A DNA stretch of 57,550 nucleotides from Candidatus Dojkabacteria bacterium (GCA_016927995.1 JAFGLO010000001.1:1-57550); one strand, 5' to 3'. Shown: positions 28,761-39,441, numbered from the stretch's first letter. A program made the numbers and translations. The notes: generated by a model not told the origin, from the sequence alone.

Positions 28761-30821
28761 TTATTTGGTGTCCCACCTATATACCCCATCCCAATCATCG
28801 GGAAAATGATTATTCCTTATTCGTTCAATTAATGCTTTTGCTGCTCCATCATACTTTAATAGCTTAAAAACCTTAATTGCATCATTGAATTTTCCGGATT
28901 GATATAACCTAAGACCCTCTACATAAGCCCGTCTTAATATCACGTTTCGCCTTGTGTTAAACATAGGTTCAAAGATTTTAATTGACCTATTCTTTCCTTT
29001 AACAAGTATTTCGTCGATTTGTCTAAATATGATTGCGTCATGACTAACACAATCCTTTACCGTTTCCGTTACTAAAATCGGAACATTATATTTCTTTGTT
29101 AAACCTTCCACCCTCGAAGCAACATTAACATTGTCTCCGATTACGGTATAATCAAATCTGACTTTACTGCCAATGTTTCCTACAACCATGGGCCCGGTAT
29201 GCAATCCAATGCCAATTCGTATTTCTACCCCGTGCTTATTCTCATCATTGAATCGCTTTAAAGTATCAACCATTTGCATTGCTGTCACCACCGCCTTTAG
29301 GCAATGTTTTTCATCGAATACCGGAGCATTCCATATTGCCATTATGCAATCCCCTATATATTTATCGATTGTCCCGTCATTTTTTATTATTATCTTACTC
29401 ATTGTGTCTAAATAGTCATTTGTCAGACTTACTAATCTTTCCGGTGCTATCTCCTCGGATATGGTGGAAAATTCACGTATATCATTAAACATTACAGTCA
29501 TTATACGTTCTTCACCACCAAGGTTTAATTCTTGTTTGCTTCTCATTATTTTTTTTAAGAGATCTATATTCAGATAGCACGAAAACGCCTTTCTAATGAA
29601 AGAGTTTTCCAAGTAAGCCTTGGCTGAATTAAAAAATGTGAAGTAAACATATGTTGTAAATATTAATAATGAACCCTGAACAAAATACCATCCGCAACCA
29701 TAACAAGAGCACAGTATTCCTAAAAGGTTAAACCCCAGAAAAAAAGTAATCCAGAGCCATAATGATTTAAAGAAGTTTCGGCCTTCAGTTAACCTTGCGA
29801 CTACAAGAAGTACTACAACAAGCGAAAGACTAAAAAGCAGATATGAAGGATATACAATAAATGATTCCCTTAAAAACGCATTTATATAGGAAGCAAAAAT
29901 ATAAATCTCGGGAAACCCCTTACCATTTACGTTTACAACATGATCATCCAAAAAGGCATTTACCCCTGTTGTCATAGTTCCCACAAGCACTATTTTGTCT
30001 TTGAAGGTATTCTGATCAAATTTGTCCTCAAGAACGTCTACAAAACTCACCGTCTTAAATTCATTTTTTGGAAAAATCGGCATAAACACATTGTCGAGTT
30101 TCTTACCCGAACTTAATGTTATTCCATTTGAACAAGTTGCCTGCCCCACCTCGTCTTGATATTTGCGAAACACTGCATATGCCAAACTTTCGTTACACTC
30201 CGATCCGACCTGGGTCGCTATAGTTCCTCTCCGAACCCGCCCATCGGCATCTATTGGAATATTTGAATAACCGTATGTAATATTTTCGCCCGAAATCGTT
30301 GGATTCACGATTGTATCTTGGAAAATCCTCGAAGCAAAAACCAAATCATAATCTACCGAAGTTAAGATCTCATTAACAAGATAGTCATCTGCCGTTTCAT
30401 TAAACATTAATAGATCAAAAGCAACTACTTTGGGTGAATATTGTGAAAGTTTCTGTACCAATGTCGAATACAAACTTTTATCTAACGGCCACTGATTAAT
30501 TATTTCAAGTGATTTGTCATCGATTCCAATTATCACAATTTCGTCACCAGGTTCATTTTTGACCTGTAATGAATCCCCCAAAAAACTGTTAATCTGCTCT
30601 ACAAAGTGGATATTAGTTAACAAGTAAACGAAAACCGCAACAATAACTATATGTATATATAAAGCATGCTCTTTTGAGAATTGGATAAATTTGGTCCACC
30701 ACTTATTGGGATGTCCGTTGTTAACCTGGATCTTTTTCATTCTCATCCTGTAAAAAATCACTAACGAATACTTTCTGTTCGCCCGGAAAACCAACCTACT
30801 GCTTACACTCAATGTTAACAA
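28761..30821 (-). CDS. CHASE2 sensor domain-containing class III adenylate/guanylate cyclase
   Basis: The N-terminal TM and extracytoplasmic region plus a block of 3-4 TM helices fits the CHASE2 layout. Cyclase core motifs: TVMFNDIREFSTISE, KYIGDCIMAIWNAP, GLHTGPMVVGNIG, YTVIGDNVNVASRVEG. The start is more likely Met-26/28 (30746 or 30740). Confidence 0.8.
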   Translation of the reverse strand: MLTLSVSSRLVFRANRKYSLVIFYRMRMKKIQVNNGHPNKWWTKFIQFSKEHALYIHIVIVAVFVYLLTNIHFVEQINSFLGDSLQVKNEPGDEIVIIGIDDKSLEIINQWPLDKSLYSTLVQKLSQYSPKVVAFDLLMFNETADDYLVNEILTSVDYDLVFASRIFQDTIVNPTISGENITYGYSNIPIDADGRVRRGTIATQVGSECNESLAYAVFRKYQDEVGQATCSNGITLSSGKKLDNVFMPIFPKNEFKTVSFVDVLEDKFDQNTFKDKIVLVGTMTTGVNAFLDDHVVNVNGKGFPEIYIFASYINAFLRESFIVYPSYLLFSLSLVVVLLVVARLTEGRNFFKSLWLWITFFLGFNLLGILCSCYGCGWYFVQGSLLIFTTYVYFTFFNSAKAYLENSFIRKAFSCYLNIDLLKKIMRSKQELNLGGEERIMTVMFNDIREFSTISEEIAPERLVSLTNDYLDTMSKIIIKNDGTIDKYIGDCIMAIWNAPVFDEKHCLKAVVTAMQMVDTLKRFNDENKHGVEIRIGIGLHTGPMVVGNIGSKVRFDYTVIGDNVNVASRVEGLTKKYNVPILVTETVKDCVSHDAIIFRQIDEILVKGKNRSIKIFEPMFNTRRNVILRRAYVEGLRLYQSGKFNDAIKVFKLLKYDGAAKALIERIRNNHFPDDWDGVYRWDTK

Positions 30822-30923
30822 CCGATATTACCATATCAATGTATACAACGATTATTAACAGGTGTCAAATCTCATTATCAGTTAATGAATCGCAGGATTA
30901 ATGTTAGTGACAGATTACAATAT

Positions 30924-31880
30924 TTACTTCTTTTTATTCTTGAAAAATTGAATAAAATACTCCGCCACGGTAAATATATTTACAATTACAAGAAGTGATA
31001 TCCCTATCCCTACATAACCCAAAGTGACAGCCGATACTATCAGATCGGTAGTACTTACAGTTGCGTTCTGTAATATTTCATTGCTCAGCTTCATCTCATC
31101 CACAAGTTGATAGTGAAATGTATGAAAAGTATATAAAATGGCAGGAATGGTACTCACCAAATTATGCAACGAATGAAACAAAACTCCCCATAAAAATCCC
31201 TGTCTTACTCTTATATACGAAAGGGCTATCCCAACAACCAATTGGGGCAAAATAATTATTGGTGCAAGATACCAAACCGACGATAGGTTATCAAAATTTG
31301 TTAGATGGACAAGTCCAAACAAAAGTATGGAACTATAAAGTAAAACCCCATAAAATCTGCTATAAAATTTCTCCAACCTTTTACCCAATGTAGTCTTAGT
31401 TAAAGTCAAGTAACTTATTACAGCTACCGCAATTAAAAATCCCAAAAATGACAAAAGTCCTTTAAACGATACAACCGAAAATAGCCAATCCGGGACAAAG
31501 GGCAAGTTATAAAACCCTACCAAGCTTAAAATCGATAAAATCACAAAGGGGACTGATATCGAAAGCCCCAACGCAGAGTATCTTAAAAAAAGCCTAAAGC
31601 TTGCCTCTTCAAAAACCGGTGCAAAAACTACACTAAAAAAGATAAACATAGGCAACGAGGTTTCATCAAACAGTTTACCTACGGCATGATCGTCAAGACT
31701 ATACGAAAATAATGAAAGGGTCAAAACTACTATTACACCCAAGATTATTGTTAGTGCATACTGAAGCGCAAATACTCTAACAAACCGCCATATTTTCAAG
31801 GTTATTGGTTCTGCCGCTTTTTCAGGCGAAGGTAATCTTAAAAAGTCTACCAAGTCGGCAATTAGTGATTTACTCATCAA
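30924..31880 (-). CDS. CPBP family intramembrane glutamic endopeptidase (CAAX protease/Abi-like)
   Basis: Polytopic membrane protein with FEEASFR (EExxxR motif) and FHSLHN (HxxxN/H motif). Confidence 0.7.
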   Translation of the reverse strand: MMSKSLIADLVDFLRLPSPEKAAEPITLKIWRFVRVFALQYALTIILGVIVVLTLSLFSYSLDDHAVGKLFDETSLPMFIFFSVVFAPVFEEASFRLFLRYSALGLSISVPFVILSILSLVGFYNLPFVPDWLFSVVSFKGLLSFLGFLIAVAVISYLTLTKTTLGKRLEKFYSRFYGVLLYSSILLFGLVHLTNFDNLSSVWYLAPIIILPQLVVGIALSYIRVRQGFLWGVLFHSLHNLVSTIPAILYTFHTFHYQLVDEMKLSNEILQNATVSTTDLIVSAVTLGYVGIGISLLVIVNIFTVAEYFIQFFKNKKK

Positions 31881-31981
31881 AATTTCTCTTAATTATATTC
31901 CGTGGGTAAGTATACACTAGCTATTGTACAAGTACCACTTTTCGGCTAGAATTCCTTTAATAAGTTAATCACACTTATGTA

Positions 31982-32746
31982 ATGAAAATATCTTGTATTG
32001 TTCCTGTTTACAATAATTCTACTACAGTAGAACATGTCCTCTCGGTTTTAACAAATATTCAAGATATATCCGAAGTGATTGCTGTGGATGATAAATCAAC
32101 AGACAACTCGTTAAAAAAAATAAAATCTTTTATAAAAAACAAAAAACCTAGAAATTTCATTTTTTTAAAACATCCGAAGAATAAAGGAAAGGGTGCCGGT
32201 CTTGTTACGGGGTCAAATAGAGCAACTGGAGACGTTCTGTTATTTTGTGATGCAGACTTATCGAAGTTATGTACATCGCATATTCAAGCAATGATAGACA
32301 AATTTAAAGAAGGTCATGATATGGTCATAGCTGCACGGAGTGATGACACAAACGGAAGAGATCCAATAACTCAGTTCCTTGCAACTGTATCCGGAGAAAG
32401 AATTTTTTACCGAAAAAACATAGAGGAATACTTTGACCTTATCGCTCAAATGGGAAACGGAATTGAACAAATAACAAACTTTGCTCACAAAGACAAAGAT
32501 GTGGAAATAATAGTATCACGAGATATCGGTCACGTACTCAAATACGAGCGAGGAAGACCACTTGAGTGGATATGGGAATACATTCAGGAGATCTGGCAAC
32601 TTATTAGAACCGATGCCAAGTTAAAGAAACGTCTTTTGGTAAGCGGTTGCCTTACCCTCGGTAGCATAATTGCTGGGCTTTTTAGCTTTTGGTACTTTAA
32701 AACAAGGAAGAAAAACAAAACAACCAAAACCCAGAATAACCCATAA
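31982..32746 (+). CDS. family 2 glycosyltransferase with a C-terminal TM anchor
   Basis: CIVPVYNN, AVDDKSTDNS and FCDADL (DxD) are classic GT2 motifs. A C-terminal hydrophobic helix follows. Confidence 0.8.
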   Translation: MKISCIVPVYNNSTTVEHVLSVLTNIQDISEVIAVDDKSTDNSLKKIKSFIKNKKPRNFIFLKHPKNKGKGAGLVTGSNRATGDVLLFCDADLSKLCTSHIQAMIDKFKEGHDMVIAARSDDTNGRDPITQFLATVSGERIFYRKNIEEYFDLIAQMGNGIEQITNFAHKDKDVEIIVSRDIGHVLKYERGRPLEWIWEYIQEIWQLIRTDAKLKKRLLVSGCLTLGSIIAGLFSFWYFKTRKKNKTTKTQNNP

Positions 32747-32830
32747 CAAGAACGTCAAAATTTAGCTGGCACATTAATCAACACGACTCACTCGTGACTT
32801 TACCTGCGTTACTATAGTAATATATAGACT

Positions 32831-34057
32831 ATGAGAAAAATTTTAGCCGTCACATTCGTTGCATTATCAACAATATTTTCATTCTCTTTTCCGATAACCC
32901 CAACATATGCCCATAACAAAAATCTAAGCGAGAGACAGCAGGCATATATAACAGCTGTTGAAACACTAAGAAGCCAATACAGCGAACTTGACCCCATACA
33001 CATTGAGGAAAATCTCGATCTTTCATTTTGGGAATATCTTACTTTTCGTGAATACGAAGTATCAAAAACGGAAATTTCTAGAAAAGACATTTACTATTTC
33101 CACGAAGAAGAGCTTCTTTTTGCAGAAATGAGTAAGCATGAAAACAATAAGGTACTTCTAGAAGAAAAGTTCTATGTTGACATTTTTACCTATTTAAAGG
33201 CTGTACTTCCCCAGGAGATTTGGACAGAGATCGGTTCATTACACTTTTTTTCAGACGGACAATATGGAATTGTTGCCACAACCATGATAATAGACGAGAA
33301 TCCAACCCAGATTGAGCTGTCCATAGATGTACTGGATTTTATTTATAATGTTATACAAAACTCAGAAGACAATTATCTTTCTACACTCGTGCATGAGAGT
33401 GCTCATGTATTAAGCCTATCTGAAACCCAGCTTCTAAACCTTGATACCAGACCATGGAACCATCACCAGATAGAACAGTGGGAAGAAACAGAACGAAACA
33501 ATTGTTCAACAAAATACTTAACCCTTGGTTGCGCGGCCGAGGATTCATATGCATACGCATTTTATTCGGAATTTTGGGCTAATAACTACACCGATAGACC
33601 GGAAATTCTTTCAACATGGGATGAGTATAAAGAATATTTATCAATATATCCCAATGATTTTGTATCATCATATGCAACAAGAGAACTCGAAGAAGACTTT
33701 GCCGAAAGCTTTATGTATTACGTACTTGGCACAACACCGATAAACAATGAAGTTATGTGTAAAAAAATCCTGTTTTTTAACAAATTCAAAGAACTCAAGA
33801 AGATTCGAGCCGAATTCAGGGAAATATCTCAAGTATCCGGAGAGCCGGAATATATTTATAACATTTGTGGAAGTAGCAAACAATCAAAAACTGACTATTC
33901 TACAACCACAATGGCAAGCTACACGGATTCAACAGAACTATCACAAAATATTGGGTTTAACCTGTTTGACCTGCTTACAGCTTCAACACTTGTTGTTACA
34001 AGTATATTGTTATGGATTGTCAATCTTGCCTGGTTTAGATGGGTGGTAAAAAAGTAA
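32831..34057 (+). CDS. secreted/anchored putative zinc metallopeptidase
   Basis: Signal-like N-terminus, HExxH (LVHESAHVL), a downstream EEDFAESF as a possible third zinc ligand region, and a C-terminal TM helix. Confidence 0.5.
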   Translation: MRKILAVTFVALSTIFSFSFPITPTYAHNKNLSERQQAYITAVETLRSQYSELDPIHIEENLDLSFWEYLTFREYEVSKTEISRKDIYYFHEEELLFAEMSKHENNKVLLEEKFYVDIFTYLKAVLPQEIWTEIGSLHFFSDGQYGIVATTMIIDENPTQIELSIDVLDFIYNVIQNSEDNYLSTLVHESAHVLSLSETQLLNLDTRPWNHHQIEQWEETERNNCSTKYLTLGCAAEDSYAYAFYSEFWANNYTDRPEILSTWDEYKEYLSIYPNDFVSSYATRELEEDFAESFMYYVLGTTPINNEVMCKKILFFNKFKELKKIRAEFREISQVSGEPEYIYNICGSSKQSKTDYSTTTMASYTDSTELSQNIGFNLFDLLTASTLVVTSILLWIVNLAWFRWVVKK

Positions 34058-34086
34058 AAAGAGTTCCTTGGTAAACTAAGTTGTTG

Positions 34087-34232
34087 CCCCTGCCCCTAGC
34101 CCTTAGGGTAAAATCAGATGTCCCCGTGTGTACCGCCAGCTGTACTTAGTACTACTAGAAACTAGGTAAAATCTGTGAAATCAACGGGCATTGTCAACTA
34201 GCTGATTTTACCCTAAGGGCTAGGGGCAGGGG
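34087..34232. repeat. 31-bp perfect inverted repeat flanking an 84-nt spacer (long hairpin or MITE-like element)
   Basis: cccctgcccctagcccttagggtaaaatcag (34087-34117) is the exact reverse complement of 34202-34232. The element is GC-rich in an AT-rich gap between convergent genes. Confidence 0.9.
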
Positions 34233-34278
34233 CTATGGGCAGAGACAACAACTGTACAAGTAACAATTAACTACTCGG

Positions 34279-34974
34279 TTATTCTAACAACCCTAAAATA
34301 TAATTGTACTCGGCGACTTCATCGGCATAAGCCTGATCATATAATGAGGTGTCAGCTACTTCAAATCCGTTACCTATTCTAAAGTACTTACAACCAAAAA
34401 TAAATGTTGGAACGTATCCGCCACTATAGTTAACGTACAGTGTCTCGTATTCCGAGGGGATTTCGACAGTCTGTCCACTTATTGTATCAATAACTGTTGC
34501 GTTGCCTTGGTTATCGTAGGAATATTCATAGTGATGGACAGCATATTTGTTCGAATTATCCCGTGCCCAGTTATCAAAGGTTTCTTTTATCCAGGTACAA
34601 TGTGGACACGAACTTGTTGAAAACAAAAGTACAACCGGTTTGCCGTCTTCATAACAAACCGCTGCAGATTCGTTTACCATTGGTTTATTTGTCGAGGACG
34701 ACTCAATTGTAGGATAAGTAACCGTTTCATTGTTTGTATTATCCGTTGTTGTCTCTGCCCCCTTAACGTCGCTATTAACAGTTAATCCACCGGAATCTTT
34801 AATACTTTTAAGTGTATCGTTAATTGGACCCACCGAAAATACGATTGCTGCACCAATTATTATTGATCCCAATAAAATTGCCGCCGGAGTCAAAAGTTGA
34901 ATTGCTTCATCGGACACAGAAACTTCGAACACTTCGTCAGTTTTGGCCGACTTTGGGGATTGTGTTTTCGCCAT
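34279..34974 (-). CDS. membrane-anchored thioredoxin-fold thiol-disulfide oxidoreductase
   Basis: One N-terminal TM helix and a CPHC active-site motif in LLFSTSSCPHCTWIKETF. Confidence 0.6.
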   Translation of the reverse strand: MAKTQSPKSAKTDEVFEVSVSDEAIQLLTPAAILLGSIIIGAAIVFSVGPINDTLKSIKDSGGLTVNSDVKGAETTTDNTNNETVTYPTIESSSTNKPMVNESAAVCYEDGKPVVLLFSTSSCPHCTWIKETFDNWARDNSNKYAVHHYEYSYDNQGNATVIDTISGQTVEIPSEYETLYVNYSGGYVPTFIFGCKYFRIGNGFEVADTSLYDQAYADEVAEYNYILGLLE

Positions 34975-35119
34975 TTTGGAATAATTGAAAGATTATTTTA
35001 TCAAACCTGATTATAGCACACTAAAAAATCTTTGGGTGAAGTATCTGTCACCAAGCCCTGTTTACTCCATGCATGCTTTTAATGTATACTGAAATATATC
35101 TAAAGTTACAAAAATAAAA

Positions 35120-35416
35120 ATGTCAGAAATACCAGCCATCTACTGGATGATTATTATCGCAGTCTTAACAGCAAGTATAGTAACGTTAATCCTTTACCTT
35201 GCACTAAGTGCAAAAGAACTTGCAAAAACCATGTCCACACTAAACAAAACCATGGAAGAAGCTAATAACGTTGTAATCTCAGCGCAAAAGATTGTTTCGG
35301 CAGTAGAAGTAAAAATATCAAGCATATTGGAGACGCTTGAACAAATAAATAATATCATTAGATCTCCCCTTTCTCTTGTAGAAAGGTTCTTCTCTCGATT
35401 TAATAAATCTAAATAA
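35120..35416 (+). CDS. small membrane protein, DUF948-like
   Basis: 98 aa with an N-terminal TM helix followed by a coiled-coil. Pairing with a YtxH-like gene is typical for this family. Confidence 0.45.
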   Translation: MSEIPAIYWMIIIAVLTASIVTLILYLALSAKELAKTMSTLNKTMEEANNVVISAQKIVSAVEVKISSILETLEQINNIIRSPLSLVERFFSRFNKSK

Positions 35417-35433
35417 GTTATTATTATAAAAAA

Positions 35434-35751
35434 ATGAAGCGACAGGGTCCAATTAGTGGTGCGCTATTTCTATTCGGGGCTGTAGTGGGTGCACTAGCCG
35501 GTGTAACGGCAGGAATTTTACTTGCTCCAAAATCAGGAAAGGAAACTCGCGAAGACATAAAAAGAAAAACAAAGGAACTTAAAACCAAGTTCGACACTCA
35601 AGTTGCTCCAAAGTTTAAAAAGAAAATAACGGAAATTAAAACAAAATTTAACAAAGACATTATTCCATCGGTGAAAAAGAAAGTTGCAACTGTTCAAAAG
35701 GATGTAACCGAGTTTTTTTCCGAAAAGAAACCTAAACCGGCGAAAAAGTAA
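35434..35751 (+). CDS. YtxH-like general stress protein
   Basis: GALAGVTAGILLAPKSGKETREDIKRK matches the YtxH signature (LLAPKSG.ETR). Lys-rich tail. Confidence 0.65.
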   Translation: MKRQGPISGALFLFGAVVGALAGVTAGILLAPKSGKETREDIKRKTKELKTKFDTQVAPKFKKKITEIKTKFNKDIIPSVKKKVATVQKDVTEFFSEKKPKPAKK

Positions 35752-35754
35752 GAC

Positions 35755-36813
35755 GTGATAACTGTTCTGCTTTCCGGAGGGATCGATAGTTTTGTTGCTG
35801 CATTCCTACTTTTGAAGGCAAAAGTCCGCATTACGGCATTACACTTCGTTATAGACGACAAAGACCTTTCCATAAAAATTGATAAAAGTAAGGAAACAGA
35901 ATATCTCTGCAAAAAGCTTGATATCCCATTAGAAATTATTGATGTAACAAAAGAATTCCGAACACAAGTAATAGATGACTTTGTTACCGGATATAAGACA
36001 GGTAAAACCCCAAACCCCTGCATAGTTTGCAATAAGGCAATTAAATTCGGTTGTTTACGAAAATTTACAGAAGGTGAAATTGCAACCGGTCACTATGTAA
36101 ATCTTAAAAAAGATAAAAATCATGCAATTATACGAAAACACAAAGATCATTCACACGATCAAGCATACTTTCTTTATAGAATACCTTACGATATCCTTAA
36201 AAAAACAATCTTTCCGCTTTCCGATATGTCAAAAAATGAAGTTATTGAACTTGGCAGACTTCTAGATTACAGCCAGCCTATCAGCTCTTCTACCTACCAT
36301 GGCAGCACAGACCTCTGCTTTACTTCAAACGATAAACTTTACCAATTTCTAGGTCAATTTATTCCCAATAAAGTTGGCGACATCCGTGATATCGTAGATA
36401 ATAAAGTTGTCGGAGAACATGACGGACTGTGGAAATATACAATTGGTCAAAGGAAGGGGATCGGGATTGGAGGAACCGGACCATACTTTGTTGTTAAGAA
36501 GGATCATAACTCAAACACCTTGTGGGTATCAAACCAACTACTAAGTCAGAATTTGTTGACCTCGAATATATCAATAAGAGACATAAACATTTTGCATCCC
36601 GACTATCTTAACCAGTCAAAGTTTGAAGCACTTATGCAGCACAGATATCAGTCAGCTCATGCCCCCGCAACAATCGAAATATCTGGAAAAACTGCAACTG
36701 TAACCGCCAAGTCAAATATTAAAGCACCAACACCGGGGCAGTCTGCTGTTTTTTATACTAAGCAGGGCGATTTGATTGGTGGCGGCATAATTACAATGGA
36801 CAAGTTTCATTAA
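35755..36813 (+). CDS. mnmA: tRNA-specific 2-thiouridylase MnmA
   Basis: GTG start, PP-loop LLSGGIDS, NPCIVCN catalytic Cys region, and a C-terminal beta-barrel region ending PGQSAVFY. 352 aa. Confidence 0.85.
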   Translation: MITVLLSGGIDSFVAAFLLLKAKVRITALHFVIDDKDLSIKIDKSKETEYLCKKLDIPLEIIDVTKEFRTQVIDDFVTGYKTGKTPNPCIVCNKAIKFGCLRKFTEGEIATGHYVNLKKDKNHAIIRKHKDHSHDQAYFLYRIPYDILKKTIFPLSDMSKNEVIELGRLLDYSQPISSSTYHGSTDLCFTSNDKLYQFLGQFIPNKVGDIRDIVDNKVVGEHDGLWKYTIGQRKGIGIGGTGPYFVVKKDHNSNTLWVSNQLLSQNLLTSNISIRDINILHPDYLNQSKFEALMQHRYQSAHAPATIEISGKTATVTAKSNIKAPTPGQSAVFYTKQGDLIGGGIITMDKFH

Positions 36814-36912
36814 TATACTAATCTGTTGCCCAGTATGTTCTCAGAGAACCCTTTATCTGTTTTGCCTTTGTGTTAAAGCTTGCCACTTCTCTCATAGGTA
36901 TCTTCCGGAGGA

Positions 36913-39018
36913 TTACTTCACTGCTTTCCCAACCATTGCTTGTTTAATAGAGAAACTGTATCTGCCGGTTTCGTCGATTTTTATAAGCTTTGCTTCTACC
37001 TTATCACCCAGTTTGGCAATAGTTCCGGGATCCTTAACGAACCCATCAGACATTTCCGAGACGTGTACAAGTCCCGACGCCCCATTATCAAGTTCAATAA
37101 ATACTCCAAATTCGGCAACTTTTACAACTTTTGCGGAATATATTTTGTTTAACTCTAACTCCCCTACCAGTCCATCGACCAATTCCTGTGCCCGCTTGAC
37201 CTTTTCCGAATCAAGTCCGAAAATCCTGACGGTACCGTCTTCGTCAATATCTATATCTGTTTCAGTTTCCTCGGTTATTTTCTTAATATTTTTACCACCG
37301 GGTCCAATAAGTTCACCAATTTTACCTGGATTTATCTTTACAACTTCAAATCTTGGAGCGCTCTTGGGTAATTCTTTTCTGGGTTCCGGTATTGTTGATT
37401 TGAGTAAATCGATAACTTGCATTCTGCCCGTTTCCGCAACTTCCAAAGCTTCTGCTAAAACATTAACCGGAATGCTTTTGGCTTTGTTGTCCAGCTGGAT
37501 TGCCGTTATACCATCAACTGTTCCGGTAACCTTAAAGTCCATCTTTGCGTAATGATCTTCATTATCTTCAATATCGAGAATTAACTGATACTTTGAAAAA
37601 TCATCTTCTGCAATTAAACCAACTGTTATTCCACCTACATGTTTTTTAATTGGAACACCTGCATCCATAAGCGCAAGTGTTGATCCGCAGGTTGATGCCA
37701 TTGAGGTTGAGCCTGCCGACATTAAAACTTCTGAAACAACACGTATTGCGTAAGGAAATTTTTCACTGGAAGGAAGTACCGGAAGCAATGCCTTTTCGGC
37801 AAGTGCCCCGTGTCCAAGCTCTCTTCTACCCGGCATGTAGTTAAATCTACCTGCCTCACCATAACAAAACGGATAAGCATTGTAATGATGCATATATCTC
37901 TTGTTCTCCTCACCTTCCATTCCCTCTATTATTTGGGAACTATCACTGGAAGCAAGGGTTACAATACTAAGCACTTGGGTTCCGCCTCGATTAAACAAAC
38001 CGGACCCGTGTACTCTTGGAATCAGTCCAACTTCTCCCGAAAGACTGCGGATTTCGTCAAATTTTCTGCCACTTACACGTTCCTGCTTATTTAATGCAAA
38101 ATCCTTAAGGATGTTTGTACATGCGACTTCAACGGCAGTTGTAATTGCATCTTTAGAATACTTTCCTTCGTACGATTTGGTAAGTTCATCTATAAATGCA
38201 GCTTCGGCCGGCCTTCTAATTCTTTGATTTCTGATTCGCATATTTTCAACAAGCTTATCTGTATGATTCTTCTGAATCTGGTCGACCAATTCCGTAACCG
38301 CACTTTGGTCTGTAAATTCAAATTTAGGTTCGCCAATCTCTTTCTGAAGTTCTCTTTGAAACTTAACAAACTCTACACTTTCTTTGGCGATCATTTGTAA
38401 AGCTTCAGTCACAACATCGTTTTTGACTTCGTATGCATCGGCATCAACCATTACAATACCCTCACCGTCGGAACTGGCAACAATGTTTACATGGTCAGGA
38501 TCTTCTACTGTTCCATCAATTGGATTGTTCTTAAAGGTAATTTTTAAATTACCCTCTTCTCGCATAACTCTAAATCCGGCAATAGGTCCGTCAAACGGGA
38601 TGTCGGAAATCATTAGTGCAAGAGAGGTTGTGTTTATTGCAACAATTAACGGATCATATTTTTCATCATATGAAAGAACATTTACCATAACCTGAACCTC
38701 GGATTTTGTGAATCCGGCAGGAAATAATGGTCGAATTGATCTGTCTATCATACGTGCATTTAAAATCGCTTCAGTTGAAGGAAACCTTTCTCTTTTTACA
38801 TATCTTGATCCGGAAATCATTCCACTTGCATAAAATTTTTCAAGATATTCAATTGTGAGTGGGAAAAATGGAGATTCCAAATTTTCCGGTCCTCTTATTA
38901 CTGAAACAAGCACAGTGGTATCGCCCATTTGACCTATAACACTTGCACTTGCATATTCGGCAACTTTACCTATCTTAAAGGTCAGCTTTGCCCCAGCTAA
39001 ATCTATTGTTTTTTCCAT
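36913..39018 (-). CDS. pnp: polyribonucleotide nucleotidyltransferase (PNPase)
   Basis: Two RNase PH-like domains, with KH (GKIGELIGPGGKNIKKI) and S1 (GVFIELDNGASGLVHVSE) domains at the C-terminus. 701 aa, downstream of rpsO. Confidence 0.95.
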   Translation of the reverse strand: MEKTIDLAGAKLTFKIGKVAEYASASVIGQMGDTTVLVSVIRGPENLESPFFPLTIEYLEKFYASGMISGSRYVKRERFPSTEAILNARMIDRSIRPLFPAGFTKSEVQVMVNVLSYDEKYDPLIVAINTTSLALMISDIPFDGPIAGFRVMREEGNLKITFKNNPIDGTVEDPDHVNIVASSDGEGIVMVDADAYEVKNDVVTEALQMIAKESVEFVKFQRELQKEIGEPKFEFTDQSAVTELVDQIQKNHTDKLVENMRIRNQRIRRPAEAAFIDELTKSYEGKYSKDAITTAVEVACTNILKDFALNKQERVSGRKFDEIRSLSGEVGLIPRVHGSGLFNRGGTQVLSIVTLASSDSSQIIEGMEGEENKRYMHHYNAYPFCYGEAGRFNYMPGRRELGHGALAEKALLPVLPSSEKFPYAIRVVSEVLMSAGSTSMASTCGSTLALMDAGVPIKKHVGGITVGLIAEDDFSKYQLILDIEDNEDHYAKMDFKVTGTVDGITAIQLDNKAKSIPVNVLAEALEVAETGRMQVIDLLKSTIPEPRKELPKSAPRFEVVKINPGKIGELIGPGGKNIKKITEETETDIDIDEDGTVRIFGLDSEKVKRAQELVDGLVGELELNKIYSAKVVKVAEFGVFIELDNGASGLVHVSEMSDGFVKDPGTIAKLGDKVEAKLIKIDETGRYSFSIKQAMVGKAVK

Positions 39019-39108
39019 AAAACAAAATTAAAAATAATATAAACAACTGAAAACAGTTGATAATCAACATTAAGGTTTGTGTAACAAAAGGTGTTTATAG
39101 AAAGAAGT

Positions 39109-39375
39109 TTACTTTAAAGAAAGTTTTTTTACAATGGCATCGTAGCGCTTTTCATCAAGGCGTTTTAGATACTTAAGCATTCTTCTTCGCTTTCCTACGA
39201 GCTTAAGAAGTCCCCTTCGGGAATGCTTATCTTTCTTATTCTTTAATAAGTGTTCAGTAAGTCGCTTGACTCTTTCAGTAAATATAGCAATCTGAACTTC
39301 CGGAGATCCGGTATCTTTTTGATTCTGTGAAAAATCCGAGATTATTCCGTCCTTTTCAACCGATGTTAATGCCAT
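39109..39375 (-). CDS. rpsO: 30S ribosomal protein S15
   Basis: 88 aa with [21 protein letters not shown]...[23 protein letters not shown], the canonical S15 sequence. Confidence 0.95.
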   Translation of the reverse strand: MALTSVEKDGIISDFSQNQKDTGSPEVQIAIFTERVKRLTEHLLKNKKDKHSRRGLLKLVGKRRRMLKYLKRLDEKRYDAIVKKLSLK

Positions 39376-39441
39376 TTCCTTACAAAAACTAATTAACTAA
39401 TTATATTCCAGCTTATCACATAGAATACCCTGATGTAAAGT

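Noticed and set aside
37013-37552. Long ORFs antisense to conserved genes: 37013-37552 in pnp, 42267-42836, 50299-50883 in the DegT gene, 26470-26967 in uvrB, 1144-1464 in radA, and 23074-23500 in uvrA.
   Set aside because: They lie entirely within, and opposite to, genes with strong conserved motifs. Their products are low-complexity (Ser/Pro/Ile/Phe-rich) and lack motifs. These are typical shadow ORFs.
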